Part shown: positions 27,490 through 44,039 of the stretch, in pieces
How positions within the stretch are numbered: position 1 is the stretch's first letter
How the letters are laid out: each line of letters opens with the position of its first letter
From: Eledone cirrhosa
Lineage: Eukaryota
Direction: 5' to 3'
Length of the DNA stretch: 64,000 bases
Assembly: GCA_964016885.1 (NCBI GenBank)
Contig: OZ024746.1
Location: 20,212,001 to 20,276,000, forward strand
Translations under genes and position numbers: made by a program
The notes under the pieces: model-generated
The model's database searches: none
The model's input: the letters and a program-made list of their open reading frames with translations, nothing else
Told to the model about the DNA's origin: nothing

Positions 27490-27845
27490 AGCCTAGTGGA
27501 AAGGTTGTTAGACATACGATAATAATGTCATGGGTTAGATTCCTTGACTGGGTTGTGTATTATGTTCTTGAGCAAAACATTTCATTTCACCTTGCTCCAG
27601 TATACTCAGCCGAAAATGAGGACCAACAATAACTGGAGGTTTAACTCTGTAATGGACGGATACCCTATCTTGTACTTTCAGTCGCTTAACGCCACGGAAA
27701 CTAAAATAAACACCGGTCTGATGAGCCTATGGGTTTTGGACTGGCGTCCTGTCCAGTGGGGTGTCTTGTACTCTCAGTCACTTCATGCCAGAGCAGCCAG
27801 GATAAACACCGGCCTGATGAACCTCCAGGCTTGAGACAGACCTTT
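27490..27845 (+). mobile_element. Old tRNA-derived SINE family C
   Basis: TAGCCTAGTGG..GGTTAGATTCC..TGTTCTTGAGCAAAACATTTCATTTCAC. Related copies at 25910-26012, 47612-47890 and 53290-53465 (minus). Confidence 0.65.
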
Positions 27846-28059
27846 AATCAAGATAGATTCCCTATAAATCCATAACTCTGGATATAGCGTACTTCCGTCT
27901 CGTTAAAACACAAGCTGCACCTTTTGACATGCAATGATAGATTGTATGTGGTGCAGTGTGGTAGTCTGAGTAAGCTGAACTCCCAGTTGTGTTTTTGATG
28001 GAGGGGGCGGGGGGTTGTCTTTGTTGTTGTGTTGTTTATTGTGTTGTTTTATTCATCAT

Positions 28060-28490
28060 TTGGATTGACAGTATCGGTAGAGGGTCGGACGCCATGCTTT
28101 GCAGCATAGAGTTATGTCCCTTTACGATCTGAGTTCAAATCCCGCCGAGGTTAACTTTGCCTTTCATCCTTACGGCGTCGATAAAATAAAGTACCAGTAA
28201 TGCACTGGGATAATTGCTGGCCTTGTGCTAAAAGTAGAAACAATTATTATCATGATCACCATCATTATCATCATCACCATCATCATCAACACCATCACCC
28301 TCATCACCATCACCATCATCATCATCAACACCATCACCATTACCATCATCATCACCACCATCACCATCATCACCATTACCATCATCACCATCACCATCAT
28401 CATCATCACCACCATCACCACCACCACCATCATCATCACCATCATCATCATCATCACCATCATCACTATCGCCATTAACATCATCATCAT
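28060..28490 (+). mobile_element. SINE family A followed directly by a (CAT/CAC)n array
   Basis: Core present; the tail AAACAATTATTAT runs into the trinucleotide repeat. Confidence 0.88.
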
Positions 28491-28578
28491 TGTCCTCCAA
28501 ATTAAATAGAAAAAAGAACGCCACTCGTGTCGCATTAAAATCCCAAGACATATTTGAAACAAACTATAGATACTAATA

Positions 28579-29680
<1,102 letters not shown>

Positions 29681-29681
<1 letters not shown>

Positions 29682-30036
29682 CGGCGATGAATTAGTTTTG
29701 CGATGTTTTTGATATGAAATCGTGTGTCGAAACAAATATTGTTATACTTGGGGAGGGTCATATTTGTGTAATAATATTGCCAGAATTAATAACAGAACAC
29801 ACTCATTGTTTGGTTGGTTTTCGCTTCTGTGTCTTTTATTTCGGTTAATTTAATTTATTCGGTCCTCAATGTTACCATTGACTAACCAACGGTCAAAATT
29901 ACAGATATAATATAGACACAAACACATATATATAGTCTAACAAAGTTCTTTCGTTGCACATCTGCAACATCGTCAGTGGTGCTATTATGTTTCCTCCCGT
30001 TGTATTGTATGCTTACGCCATCTTTATTTAGTCTGT

Positions 30037-30071
<35 letters not shown>

Positions 30072-30088
30072 TTTGTTTATTTTTTTGT

Positions 30089-30090
<2 letters not shown>
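29681..30090 (+). mobile_element. Dispersed repeat family T, longest copy, flanked by (TA)n on both sides
   Basis: Homologous to 10408-10760 and to the inverted pieces at 4437-4500 and 52525-52617. Confidence 0.75.
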
Positions 30091-30141
<51 letters not shown>

Positions 30142-30513
30142 CAGTATATTTGGTACATTTGGAATAACTAGGTAAAAAAAAAAAAATAGACACGTGGCTT
30201 TCGTGAATGCATTTACATTCTCTTGAAATTGCAATCAATATAAGAAAGATGAAGAAAAATTAAAGATCGATAATTATCAAGTTCTGAAATGGAAGACATT
30301 CTACAGTATATTATACGATCCTATGTAAGGCTCAGAGCAGAATATATTGGAAATGAGGAGATCAAAACGATCGGGAGTCAATGATCACCTAGTATACTTC
30401 AAAGAACAAACATACTTATAAGAAAATTGAACGGATGTTCAGAAAGGTGACTGATATCTAGAGCTCCCCGAAATAAGGGGGAAGATTTAATCAATAACAA
30501 TATGATGAGTGTA

Positions 30514-30598
30514 TAACAACAACAACAGTAGCAGTAGCAGCAACAACAGTAGCAGCAACAACAACAACAACAACAGCAGCAGTAGCAACAACAACAGC

Positions 30599-30629
<31 letters not shown>

Positions 30630-31551
30630 GTAGCAGCAGCAACAACAACAACAACAACAGTAACAGTAGCGGCAACAACAACAACAACAACAACAGTAGC
30701 AGTAGCAGCAGCAACAACAACAACAACAACAACAGTAACAGTAGCGGCAACAACAACAACAACAACAACAGTAGCAGTAGCAACAACAACAACAACAACA
30801 ACAGCAGCAGCACCAGCAGCAACAACAACAACAGTAACAGTAGCGGCAACAACAACAACAACAGTAGCAACAACAACAACAACAACAATAACAGCAGCAG
30901 CAGCACCAGCAGCAACAACAACAACAGTAGCAACAACAACAACAACAACAACAGTAGCAGTAGCAGCAACAACAACAACAACAGCAGCAGCAGTAGCAGC
31001 AACAACAACAATAACAACAACAATAACAACAGCAGCAGCAGCAACAACAACAACAATAGCAACAACAACAACAGCAGCAGCAGCAGTAGCAGCAACAACA
31101 ACAATAACAACAGCAGCAGCAACAACAACAGCAACAACAACAACAACAACAACAACAGTAGCAGCAGCAACAACAACAACAACAATAGTAGCAGCAGCAA
31201 CAACAACGACAACAACAGTAGCAGTAGCAACAACAACAACAACAACAACAACAGCAGCAGCAGCAGCAGCAACAACAACAACAGCAGCAGCAGCAGCAAC
31301 AACAACAACAGCAGCAGTAGCAGCAACAATAACAACAGCAGTAGCAGCAGCAACAACAACAATAACAATAACAATAACAATGGCAGCAACAACAACAACA
31401 ACAACACCAACAGCAACAACAACAACAACAACAGCAGCAATAACAACAATAACAACAGCAGCAACAGTAGCAGCAGCAGCAACAACAACAATAACAACAA
31501 CATTAGCAGCAACAACAACAATAACGACAGCAGCAGCAGTAGTAGCAGCAG

Positions 31552-31580
<29 letters not shown>
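30514..31580. repeat. (CAA/CAG/TAG)n compound trinucleotide array abutting a minus-strand SINE A tail (31580-31690)
   Basis: Directly visible. Confidence 0.95.
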
Positions 31581-31582
<2 letters not shown>

Positions 31583-31752
31583 TGTTTCTGATTTAGGCAC
31601 AAGGCCAAGAATTTGGGGGGAAGGGAAAGTCAATTAAATCGACCCCAGTACGTTACAGGTACTTTATTTTATCGAGCCCTGGTACTTTATTTTATGAGAC
31701 TCGGGCTCAAAACATGGTTAAGCTGTTCAGTTGGCAAGAATACTCTCTAGTC

Positions 31753-31865
31753 CAGAGATTCTCGAAGTGGGCGCTACCGCCCCACGCCCCCGGGACGCGT
31801 TGAGAAGGTTCAGGGAGGCGCTGGGGCCTAAAGGTGTTGTGGTGGTGGGGGGACGCTATGGATTT
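31753..31865. mobile_element. hAT/Charlie-like element end
   Basis: CAGAGATTCTCGAAGTGGGCGCTACCGCCC resembles the CAGTGGTTCTCAAAGTGGG-type hAT terminus. No partner TIR found. Confidence 0.45.
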
Positions 31866-31871
31866 ATTATT

Positions 31872-33211
31872 TATATTATTATAGTATTGTATATGATATA
31901 ATAGTATATTAAATGTCAAATGATACATATATATAACTATAGTTATATAACAAATATATAATAGACTATATTATATTATTATAGTATTGTATATGATATA
32001 ATAGTATATTAAATGTCAAATGATACATATATATAACTATAGTAATATAACAAATATATAATAGACTATATTATATTATTATAGTATTGTATATGATATA
32101 ATAGTATATTAAATGTCAAATGATACATATATATAACTATAGTAATATAACAAATATATAATAGACTATATTATATTATTATAGTATTGTATATGATATA
32201 ATAGTATATTAAATGTCAAATGATACATATATATAACTATAGTAATATAACAAATATATAATAGACTATATTATATTATTATAGTATTGTATATGATATA
32301 ATAGTATATTAAATGTCAAATGATACATATATATAACTATAGTAATATAACAAATATATAATAGACTATATTATATTATTATAGTATTGTATATGATATA
32401 ATAGTATATTAAATGTCAAATGATACATATATATAACTATAGTAATATAACAAATATATAATAGACTATATTATATTATTATAGTATTGTATATGATATA
32501 ATAGTATATTAAATGTCAAATGATACATATATATAACTATAGTAATATAACAAATATATAATAGACTATATTATATTATTATAGTATTGTATATGATATA
32601 ATAGTATATTAAATGTCAAATGATACATATATATAACTATAGTAATATAACAAATATATAATAGACTATATTATATTATTATAGTATTGTATATGATATA
32701 ATAGTATATTAAATGTCAAATGATACATATATATAACTATAGTAATATAACAAATATATAATAGACTATATTATATTATTATAGTATTGTATATGATATA
32801 ATAGTATATTAAATGTCAAATGATACATATATATAACTATAGTAATATAACAAATATATAATAGACTATATTATATTATTATAGTATTGTATATGATATA
32901 ATAGTATATTAAATGTCAAATGATACATATATATAACTATAGTAATATAACAAATATATAATAGACTATATTATATTATTATATTATTATAGTATTGTAT
33001 ATGATATAATAGTATATTAAATGTCAAATGATACATATATATAACTATAGTAATATAACAAATATATAATAGACTATATTATATTATTATAGTATTGTAT
33101 ATGATATAATAGTATATTAAATGTCAAATGATACATATATATAACTATAGTAATATAACAAATATATAATAGACTATATTATATTATTATAGTATTGTAT
33201 ATGATATAATA
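31872..33211. repeat. 100-bp AT-rich tandem satellite, about 13.4 near-identical copies
   Basis: ATAGTATTGT recurs at 31881, 31981 ... 32881; one 108-bp unit follows (32989), then 33089 and 33189. Confidence 0.97.
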
Positions 33212-33476
33212 GGTTTAACAAATCGTCTTTGTATTATTATTATATATATATATATCATATTGGAGGTGGTAAAAACCAGCTAGACCATTACTCACCAAAG
33301 TACTCAATACTTGAGGTAGTAGAGTGGGTAACATGAAAAAATTCAGGACCCCGAACAGTTCGGATCTAGCTGTCGAAAGGGCCGGAGCTTAACCGTTGGG
33401 GTCCGGATTTTTTTCATATATACAAATACATACATACATTTTAAAAAATGTTCGCTCTACGTGGCTGAATACAACA

Positions 33477-33864
33477 AATGTAATCTGAGTTTTTCGAATA
33501 TTAATAATTGTTTCTACTTTAGGCACAAGGCCAACAATTACCCAGTGCATTACTGGTACTTTATTTTATCGACCCCGTAAGGATGAAAGGCAAAGTTAAC
33601 CTCGGCGGGATTTGAACTCAGAATGGAAAGGGCCGTAATTCTATGCGTCAAAGCATGGCGTCCGACCCTCTACCGATACTGCCAATCCAAGCCCCAAACA
33701 TTAATAATAACATTCGATTCGTTTGCAATTTTGCAAACAAGCCTCATTTTTAAAGCCATGTCAGTAGAATGAACCCTTCATTCTTGCTCTTGTGTTGGCA
33801 TATGCCAACATAATTGCAAACCAATCGAATGTTATTATTAATATTCGAAAAACTCAGATTACAT
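33477..33864. mobile_element. MITE-like inverted-repeat element with a SINE A (about 33505-33690, minus) inserted in its left arm
   Basis: AATGTAATCTGAGTTTTTCGAATATTAATAA[SINE]TAACATTCGATT.GTTTGCAAT pairs with ATTGCAAAC.AATCGAATGTTATTATTAATATTCGAAAAACTCAGATTACATT. ATTAATAAT is duplicated around the SINE. Confidence 0.75.
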
Positions 33865-34346
33865 TCATACATACATATATATATATATTACACGTGCTAG
33901 TGACTAACTAATCCTATTCTTATTACAGTTGTATGCACACAAAAATACACTTTTATTATCGTGAACTCATTTTTACACATCAATATCGACACATAAAAGA
34001 CATTTCAACTTTCACATTAAAAACATGATTCAAATCCACATGTATATAAACGGGGTCAATGAAATAAAGTAATGTACTGGGTCGATTTAATCCCCATATT
34101 GCTGACCTTATGATTACCAGGATGTACGTCAAGTAATGACAATGGAATCCATGGATTGACTGCAATACAAAATATACAGTAGTAAAACAAAAACTACAAT
34201 ATACATGGTAATAAGGAATCAAAGAGAGAAGAGAGAGAAAAATCAGTTAGCAGGGATGTGGTCCGGGGGCCAAGAACGCCGGAAGTTAGCACATCGTCGC
34301 TATTGTCGTAGATCAGTTAGGAACTCGTTGTTGCTTCACACAACCG

Positions 34347-34542
34347 CAGACCTGTCAACTCTCCCCGTCCTTCGGGGAGATCTCCCACCCACTTTGCAGT
34401 GGGTGAGAAATGTCTTCTCTTGTGAAAATGGGTATAGCTTTCATGATGTAAAATCTCCCCATTTTTCCTCATTCCTCCCCGTTTTGGGACACTTTTTTTT
34501 CATGGTACCCCTCATTTAGGTTTTTATAGCTTGACAGGTCTG
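34347..34542 (+). mobile_element. Non-autonomous DNA transposon with CAGACCTGTCAA TIRs and a 6-bp TSD
   Basis: CAACCG|CAGACCTGTCAA ... TTGACAGGTCTG|CAACCG; second copy at 60122-60316. Confidence 0.85.
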
Positions 34543-35501
34543 CAACCGTGGATATCATATCGCCCCGGGGAAGGAACTCAGCTTCTTGTATCTTACAACA
34601 CCTTCAGAGTCATCTACTTCCCTACAAAATACCTTATTTAGATACCATCTGGATGACCCGGTGCGGTTTGACCATGTCCACATTGGCACGATCGGGGATT
34701 CCAGTTTATACCGGGCAGATAGTTGGAAACATCTGAGCAGGGTTTTGATGTTTTTACAGTTTTCCCTCCTGTTCGGTTGCTCCACACTGTCCCAGTCGCC
34801 CGCTAATACGAAAAAGCAGGACGTGATATGATGTAGTTGATGTTGGAATCGGTGTTATATACCTTATAGATAGATTTAGAATTTCTAGTCAAACATGCAT
34901 AAAAAGAAAGCAGTATTGGAAAGAACTATAAATGCCATAAATGAGAGGAAAAAGAGGGGGCGAAAAGGACTACTAGGCAACGGAAGAAATAAAGGGGGGA
35001 GGGGGGAAGATAACAGACTCTACATATATATATATATATACAATATATTAATAAATGGACACTATAAACCATAATTATTTTATTATATATATTTCAAGGG
35101 CGACCAAGGTAAATTATGGTAAAATACAGATTTGTTTTATAAATATGGTAAATTATGGTAAAATATAGATTTGTTTTTTATAAATAAATATTGACATACC
35201 CGGAAAAAAGACAACCTCAACGGTTGAAATTCGCTGGATAGTGGAGATATTGAGGGTGATACAAAGTTGTGAGTGAGTATGCAAATGAGTGTCAGAAAAA
35301 TTGGAAAAAACAACGGTTTATTTAAATTAAACTGCTGGAAGAAAATAGATGTAAAAGGGAGAGAGATTTTATAACTGATACAAAGCACTTTATAAAGTGC
35401 TTTGTATCAGTTATAAAAAAATGTTTAAGCTTGTTGAATCCCAACAAATTAAATATAATCTCTGCATATATATATGTATATATATATGTATATATATATG
35501 T

Positions 35502-35555
<54 letters not shown>

Positions 35556-35580
35556 GTATATATATATGTATATATATATG

Positions 35581-35661
<81 letters not shown>

Positions 35662-35698
35662 GTATATATATATGTATATATATATGTATATATATATG

Positions 35699-35729
<31 letters not shown>

Positions 35730-35775
35730 GTATATATATATGTATATATATATGTATATATATATGTATATATAC

Positions 35776-36514
<739 letters not shown>

Positions 36515-36566
36515 GTATATATATATGTATATATATATGTATATGTATATATATATATATGTATAT

Positions 36567-36787
<221 letters not shown>

Positions 36788-36997
36788 AGAAGATGTGAGA
36801 AAAACCACAGACCCTCCATCTCAACTCACCTTTTGAAAAGCAGAAGAACTGCGAAACCGGTAAAGGAACCAAATAAATATATATATTTTTTTTTTAAATA
36901 AGACTCCAGTTGCATTTTCGATTTCATCTTTTTTTCTTTATACTTTCACTCGTGTAGGACACCTCGGTTATTTTTCATTTTGTAAAAAAAACCTCAC

Positions 36998-37048
<51 letters not shown>

Positions 37049-37219
37049 AATGTCTATTGAGCTCGCTTATTGAGAAACACAAAATTCTAACATATTTAAT
37101 ATGTTTTGATTCATTATATGTTAACTTTACTTTTCATCCTTACGGGGTCGATAAAATAAAGTACCAGTAATGCACTGGGTAATTGCTGGCCTTGTGCCAA
37201 AAGGAGAAACAATTATATG

Positions 37220-37306
<87 letters not shown>

Positions 37307-37335
37307 ATATATATATATATATGTGTATATATATA

Positions 37336-37392
<57 letters not shown>

Positions 37393-38167
37393 GTGTGTGT
37401 ACATATTTATATATATATATTATTTGTTTGTTAAAATAATCAAATTAAATTAATTCCACAGTTAAACACACAAGATTGTTACCAAAGAGCCAGAAGATTG
37501 ACTCTAGTCGACCCTAAATATCACTAATAGCTCTAGGAAAGCCATGAACTTTGATTTTGGAAGTAGGTTTATAATTATCAATGTTCATTGTACTTTTGTA
37601 GCATGTGCACAAGAAACATCATACACACTGGGTTCCGTCTTCACTTTGCACCATTATATACTATGCCCACATACATTGACCTGTCCTACCTGCGTTTCCC
37701 ACTCTCTAAGAACGCATAGCATTGTATCGTCATTTCCTTTTCTTGACACAAAACGCATCTAACCATTCAACCATTCAATACGTATGATATTGTATGAAAG
37801 GTGGCAATAGTGAAACAATTATAAACATTGTTATATCTAGATATTTATTCTCCTTATTGCTATTGCTGCTGCTATTGTTGTAGCTGCTATTGCTGACTGT
37901 TGCGTCATTTGTTAATATAGTTGATGATGATGGTGATGATGATGATGGTGATGATGGTGGTGGTGATGATGAAGGTGATGATCGTGGTGATGATGATGGT
38001 GATGGTGATGATGATGGTGATGATGATGGTGATGATGGTGATGATGATATTGATAAAGAGTTGCCGCTATTTTTGTAACCTTTGAATGAATAATTGCAGC
38101 AGTGAATGAAACCTGTAAAATCTGAATGAATCGAAGAATATCTGAATGAATGAATGAATGGTAAAAG

Positions 38168-41100
38168 CGTAGTAATGGTGTAGCAAAGGTATAGTAAAGG
38201 TGTAGTAATGCTGTAGTAAAGGTATAGTAAAGGTGTAGTAATGCTGTAGTAAAGGTGTAGTAATGCTGTAGTAAAGGTGTAGTAATGCTGTAGTAAAGGT
38301 GTAGTAATTGTTTCTAGTTTTGGCACAAGGACAGCAATTATCCCAGTTTATTACTGGTACTTTATTTTATCGACCCCGTAATGATGAAAGGTAAAGTTAA
38401 CTTCGGCGGGATTTGAACTCAGAACGTAAAGGGCCATAACTCTATGCCGCTAAGCCTGTTGTCCGACACTCTACCGATTCTGTCTAATAATGGTGTAGTA
38501 ATGGTGTAGTAATGGTATAGAAATGGTATAGTAATGGTGTAGTAATGGTGTAGTAATGGTATAGAAATGGTATAGTAATGGTGTAGTAATGGTGTAGTAA
38601 TGGTATAGTAATGGTGTAGTAATGGTGTAGTAATGGTATAGTAATGGTATAGTAATGGTGTAGTAATAGTGTAGTAATGGTATAGTAATGGTGTAGTAAT
38701 GGTATAGTAATGGTGTAGTAATGGTATAGTAATGGTGTAGTAATGGTATAGTAATGGTGTAGTAATGGTGTAGTAATGGTATAGTAATGGTGTAGTAATG
38801 GTGTAGTAATAGTGTAGTAATGGTGTAGTAATGGTATAGAAATGGTATAGTAATGGTGTAGTAATGGTGTAGTAATGGTATAGTAATGGTGTAGTAATGG
38901 TGTAGTAATGGTATAGAAATGGTATAGTAATGGTGTAGTAATAGTGTAGTAATGGTATAGTAATGGTGTAGTAATGGTATAGTAATGGTGTAGTAATGGT
39001 GTAGTAATGGTGTAGTAATGGTGTAGTAATGGTATAGTAATGGTATAGTAATGGTGTAGTAATGGTATAGTAATGGTATAGTAATGGTGTAGTAATGGTA
39101 TAGTAATGGTATAGTAATGGTGTAGTAATGGTATAGTAATGGTTGAGTAATGGTGTAGTAATGGTATAGTAATGGTATAGTAATGGTATAGTAATGGTGT
39201 AGTAATGGTATAGTAATGGTGTAGTAATGGTGTAGTAATGGTATAGTAATGGTGTAGTAATGGTATAGTAATGGTATAGTAATGGTGTAGTAATGGTGTA
39301 GTAATGGTGTAGTAATGGTATAGTAATGGTGTAGTAATGGTATAGAAATGGTATAGTAATGGTGTAGTAATGGTATAGAAATGGTATAGTAATAGTGTAG
39401 TAATGGTATAGTAATGGTGTAGTAATGGTATAGTAATGGTGTAGTAATGGTATAGTAATGGTGTAGTAATGGTGTAGTAATGGTGTAGTAATGGTATAGT
39501 AATGGTATAGTAATGGTGTAGTAATGGTATAGTAATGGTATAGTAATGGTATAGAAATGGTATATTAATGGTGTAGTAATGGTATAGTAATGGTTGAGTA
39601 ATGGTGTAGTAATGGTATAGTAATGGTATAGTAATGGTGTAGTAATGGTATAGTAATGGTGTAGTAATGGTGTAGTAATGGTATAGTAATGCTGTAGTAA
39701 TGGTGTAGTAATGGTATAGTAATGGTATAGTAATGGTATAGTAATGCTGTAGTACTGCTGTAGTGGTGTAGTAATGGTATAAGTAATGGTATAGTAATGC
39801 TGTAGTAATGGTGTATTAATGGTATAGTAATGGTGTGGTAATGGTATAGTAATGGTATAGTAATGGTATAGTAATGGTATAGTAATGCTGTAGTACTGCT
39901 GTAGTGGTGTAGTAATGGTATAAGTAATGGTATAGTAATGCTGTAGTAATGGTGTATTAATGGTATAGTAATGGTGTAGTAATGGTGTAGTAATGTTATA
40001 GTAATGGTGTAGTAATGGTATAGTAATGGTGTAGTAATGGTATAGTAATGCTGTAGGGATGTAGTAATGGTATAATTAATGGTATAGTAATGGTATAGTA
40101 ATGGTATAGTAATGGTATAGTAACGGTATAGTAATGGTATAGTAATGGTATAGTACTGGTGTAGTAATGGTATAGTAATGGTGTAGTAATGGTATAGTAA
40201 TGCTGTAGTAATGCTGAAGTGGTGTAGTAATGGTATAGTAATGGTATAGTAATGGTATAGTAATGGTATAGTAATGGTATAGTAATGATGTAGTAATGGT
40301 GTAGTAATGTTGTAGTAATGGTGTAGTAATGGTGTAATGGTGCAGTAATGGTATAGTAATGGTGTAGTAATGGTGTAGTAATGGTATAGTAATGGTGTAG
40401 TAATGGTGTAGTAATGGTGTAGTGGTGTAGTAATGGTGTAGTAATGGTGTAGTGGTGTAGTAATGGTCTAGTAATGGTGTAGTAATGGTATAGTAATGGT
40501 ATAGTAATGGTATAGTAATGGTGTAGTAATGGTATAGTAATGGTTGAGTAATGGTGTAGTAATGGTATAGTAATTGTGTAGTAATGCTGTAGTAATGGGG
40601 TAGTAATGGTGTAGTAATGGTATAGTAATGCTGTAGTAATGGTATAGTAATGGTGTAGTAATGGTATAGAAATGGTATAGTAATGGTGTAGTAATGGTAT
40701 AGAAATGGTATAGTAATAGTGTAGTAATGGTATAGTAATGGTATAGTAATGGTATATTAATGCTGTAGTAATGGCGTAGTAATGGTATAGTAATGGTGTA
40801 GTAATGGTATAGAAATGGTGTAGTAATGGTATAGTAATTGTGTCGTAATGGTGTAGTAATGGTGTAGTAATGGTATAGTAATGGTGTAGTAATGGTGTAG
40901 TAATGGTATAGAAATGGTGTAGTAATGGTGTAGTAATGGTGTAGTAATGGTATAGAAATGGTGTAGTAATGGTATAGTAATTGTGTCGTAATGGTGTAGT
41001 AATGGTATAGTAATGGTATAGAAATGGTGTAGTAATGGTATAGTAATTGTGTCGTAATGGTGTAGTAATGGTATAGTAATGGTGTAGTAATGGTGTAGTA

Positions 41101-41302
41101 ATGGTATAGAAATGGTGTAGTAATGGTATAGTAATTGTGTCGTAATGGTGTAGTAATGGTATAGTAATGGTATAGAAATGGTGTAGTAATGGTATAGTAA
41201 TTGTGTCGTAATGGTGTAGTAATGGTATAGTAATGGTGTAGTAATGGTGTAGTAATGGTGTAGTAATGGTGTAGTAATGGTGTAGTAATGGTATAGTAAT
41301 GT
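38168..41302. repeat. 11-bp minisatellite (G/A)TAGTAATGGT, about 3 kb, interrupted by a minus-strand SINE A (about 38305-38487)
   Basis: Directly visible; source of the ITTPLLHHYY ORFs. Confidence 0.97.
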
Positions 41303-41437
41303 ACCACATGGGAAGGTAGCCGTCAAACCACAACACTTTATCTAAGTATAACTCATCTGCTGGCATCTTACTAATCATCTATTGATCAGCTGTTGCTATG
41401 GCAAAAGCGCGCCACCGCAGTGTGTAGCTTCTTCGGA

Positions 41438-41451
41438 ATCATCATCATCGT

Positions 41452-41491
<40 letters not shown>

Positions 41492-41551
41492 GTCAACGTC
41501 ATCATCGTCATTATCATCATCATCGTCATCGTTGTTATCGTCATCGTTTTC

Positions 41552-41585
<34 letters not shown>

Positions 41586-41631
41586 CCATCGTCATTATCT
41601 TCAACGTCGTCATCGTGGTTTACTTTATCGT

Positions 41632-41668
<37 letters not shown>

Positions 41669-42763
41669 TCTATACTTAGTATAACTAACGTGACTGTTGT
41701 TTCGGCGTCACTGTCAACATCATCACCATCACCATCACCATCAACACCATCACCACCATCACCACCATCACCAGCACCTTCACCACCTTCACCATCATCA
41801 CCATCATCACCACCATCACCACCATCACCACCATCATCACCACCACCATCACCACCACCATCATCATCATCACCATCATCACCACCATCACCATCATCAC
41901 CATAACCACCATCACCACCATCATCACCATCACCACCACCATCACCATCACCACCATCATCATCACCACCACCACCATCACCACCACCACCATCATCATC
42001 ACCATCACCACCATCATCACCACCACCACCACCATCACCACCATCACCACCGACACCATCACCACCACCATCATCATCACCACCACCACCATCACCACCA
42101 TCACCATCATCACCATAACCACCATCATCACCATAACCACCATCACCACCATCCTCACCACCATCACCATCACCACCATCATTACCACCACCATCACCAC
42201 CATCACCATCACCACCATCATCACCACCACCACCACCACCACCACCATCACCACCGACACCATCACCACCACCACCATCACCGCCACCATCACCACCACC
42301 ACCACCACCACCATCACCATCACCATCACTGTTACTACCACCAACCAGTAAACCATCCAACACTACCATTGACTGCAACCTGAAATACCTTCGTCCAATT
42401 ATTCTCTTCTTTTCATCTCTCCTCAATCTTCTTCCTTCTTTTTACTTTCACTCATTTTTTCCACAATCTGAAGTCTTTCCATTTTTCCTTTTCTTTCTTC
42501 TTCTCCTTCTCTCCTCTTCTTTCCTTCTCTCCTCTTCTCTTTCTCTCCTCTTCTTCTCTCCTCTTCTTCTCTCCTCTTCTCCTTCTCTTCTTCTCTCCTC
42601 CTCTCCTCTTCTTCTTCTCTTCTCTTCTCCTTAAACCCCCCCTCTCTCCTCTGTCACCTTTTCCTTCTCTTATGCATCATTTTGTTTTCTTTTTTTTGTT
42701 TCAATCTTCTATATTCCTACCACTTCCACCACTACTACTACTACTACTACTACCACTACCACC

Positions 42764-42807
<44 letters not shown>

Positions 42808-43190
42808 CACTACCACCACCACCACTACTACTATCACCACCACCACTACTACTACAACTACCACTACCACCACCACCACTTCTACCACTACTACTACTAC
42901 CACTACCACTACTACCACCACCACTACCACCACACCACCACTACTATTACTACTACCACTACCACTACTACCACCACCACCACCACTACCACCACCACCA
43001 CTACTACTACTACTACTTCTACCACCACCACCACTACTACTACCACCACCACTACTACCACCACCACCACCACCACCGCTACTACTACTACTACTACCAC
43101 TACCACCACTACTACTACCACCACCACCACCACTACTACCACCACCACCACCACCACCACTACTACTACTACTATCGTTATTATTATTAT
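41438..43190. repeat. Compound low-complexity block: (CAT)n, (CAC/CAT)n, CT-rich tract, (CTA/CCA)n
   Basis: Directly visible. Confidence 0.95.
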
Positions 43191-43399
43191 GGTTCATTTT
43201 TGTAAATCTCCGACTTAGATTTCCAGCGATCAGGATATTTCAGTTAGGGAACATCTAACAAGTTAGCAAAGGTCCCTTCATTGCATCCTTTCCTGTACCT
43301 GTGCCCTTACATAACACTTTCCTTAAACTCTTGTAGCTGTACTAAACCAACACGTGCAGTCTTTTGTAACCTTGCATCGATCACCATTATCATTAGCAA

Positions 43400-44039
43400 G
43401 TGGCAGAGGATTGGCAGTATCGGTAGAGGGTCGGATGCCATGCTTTGCAGCAAAGAGTTGCGGCCCTTTATGGTCTGAGTTCAAATCCCGTCGAAGTTAA
43501 CTTTACCTTTCATCCTTACGGGGTCGATAAAATAAGGTACCAGTAATGCACTGGGTAATTGCTGGCCTTGTGCCAAAAGTAGAAACAATTATTATCATAA
43601 TTATTACCATTATTATCATTATTATTATTTGCAGTATCAGTAGAGGGTCGGACGCCATGCTTTCCAGCATAGTTACGTCCCTTTACGATCTGAGTTCAAA
43701 TCCCGCCGAGGTTGACTTTGCCTTTCATCCTTACGGGGTCGATAAAATAAAGTACCAGTAATGCACTGGGTAATTGCTGGCCTTGTGCCTAAAGTAGAAA
43801 CAATTATTATTATAACTATTATTCCTTTTGTCACGCAGTGTAGATGGAAAATACACCGGAGTATCTAGTCATCTGTTAAGTCATATCAAGGATTATCTTT
43901 ATTATGATCATTATAGGTTAGTTTTGTCTTTCATCCTTACGAGGTCGATAAATAAAGTACCGGGGTCGATTTAATCGACTTTCCTCTCCCCCAAAATTGC
44001 TGGCCTTGTGCCTAAATCAGAAACTATTATAATTATTTT

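Noticed and set aside
30487-31637. Poly-L/V/N-S ORFs of about 370 aa
   Set aside because: Trinucleotide array with no unique coding sequence.
39996-42426. ITTPLLHHYY, poly-H and G/D-rich ORFs resembling His-rich structural proteins
   Set aside because: An 11-bp period cycles through all frames, and the rest is trinucleotide repeat; no splice or start context.
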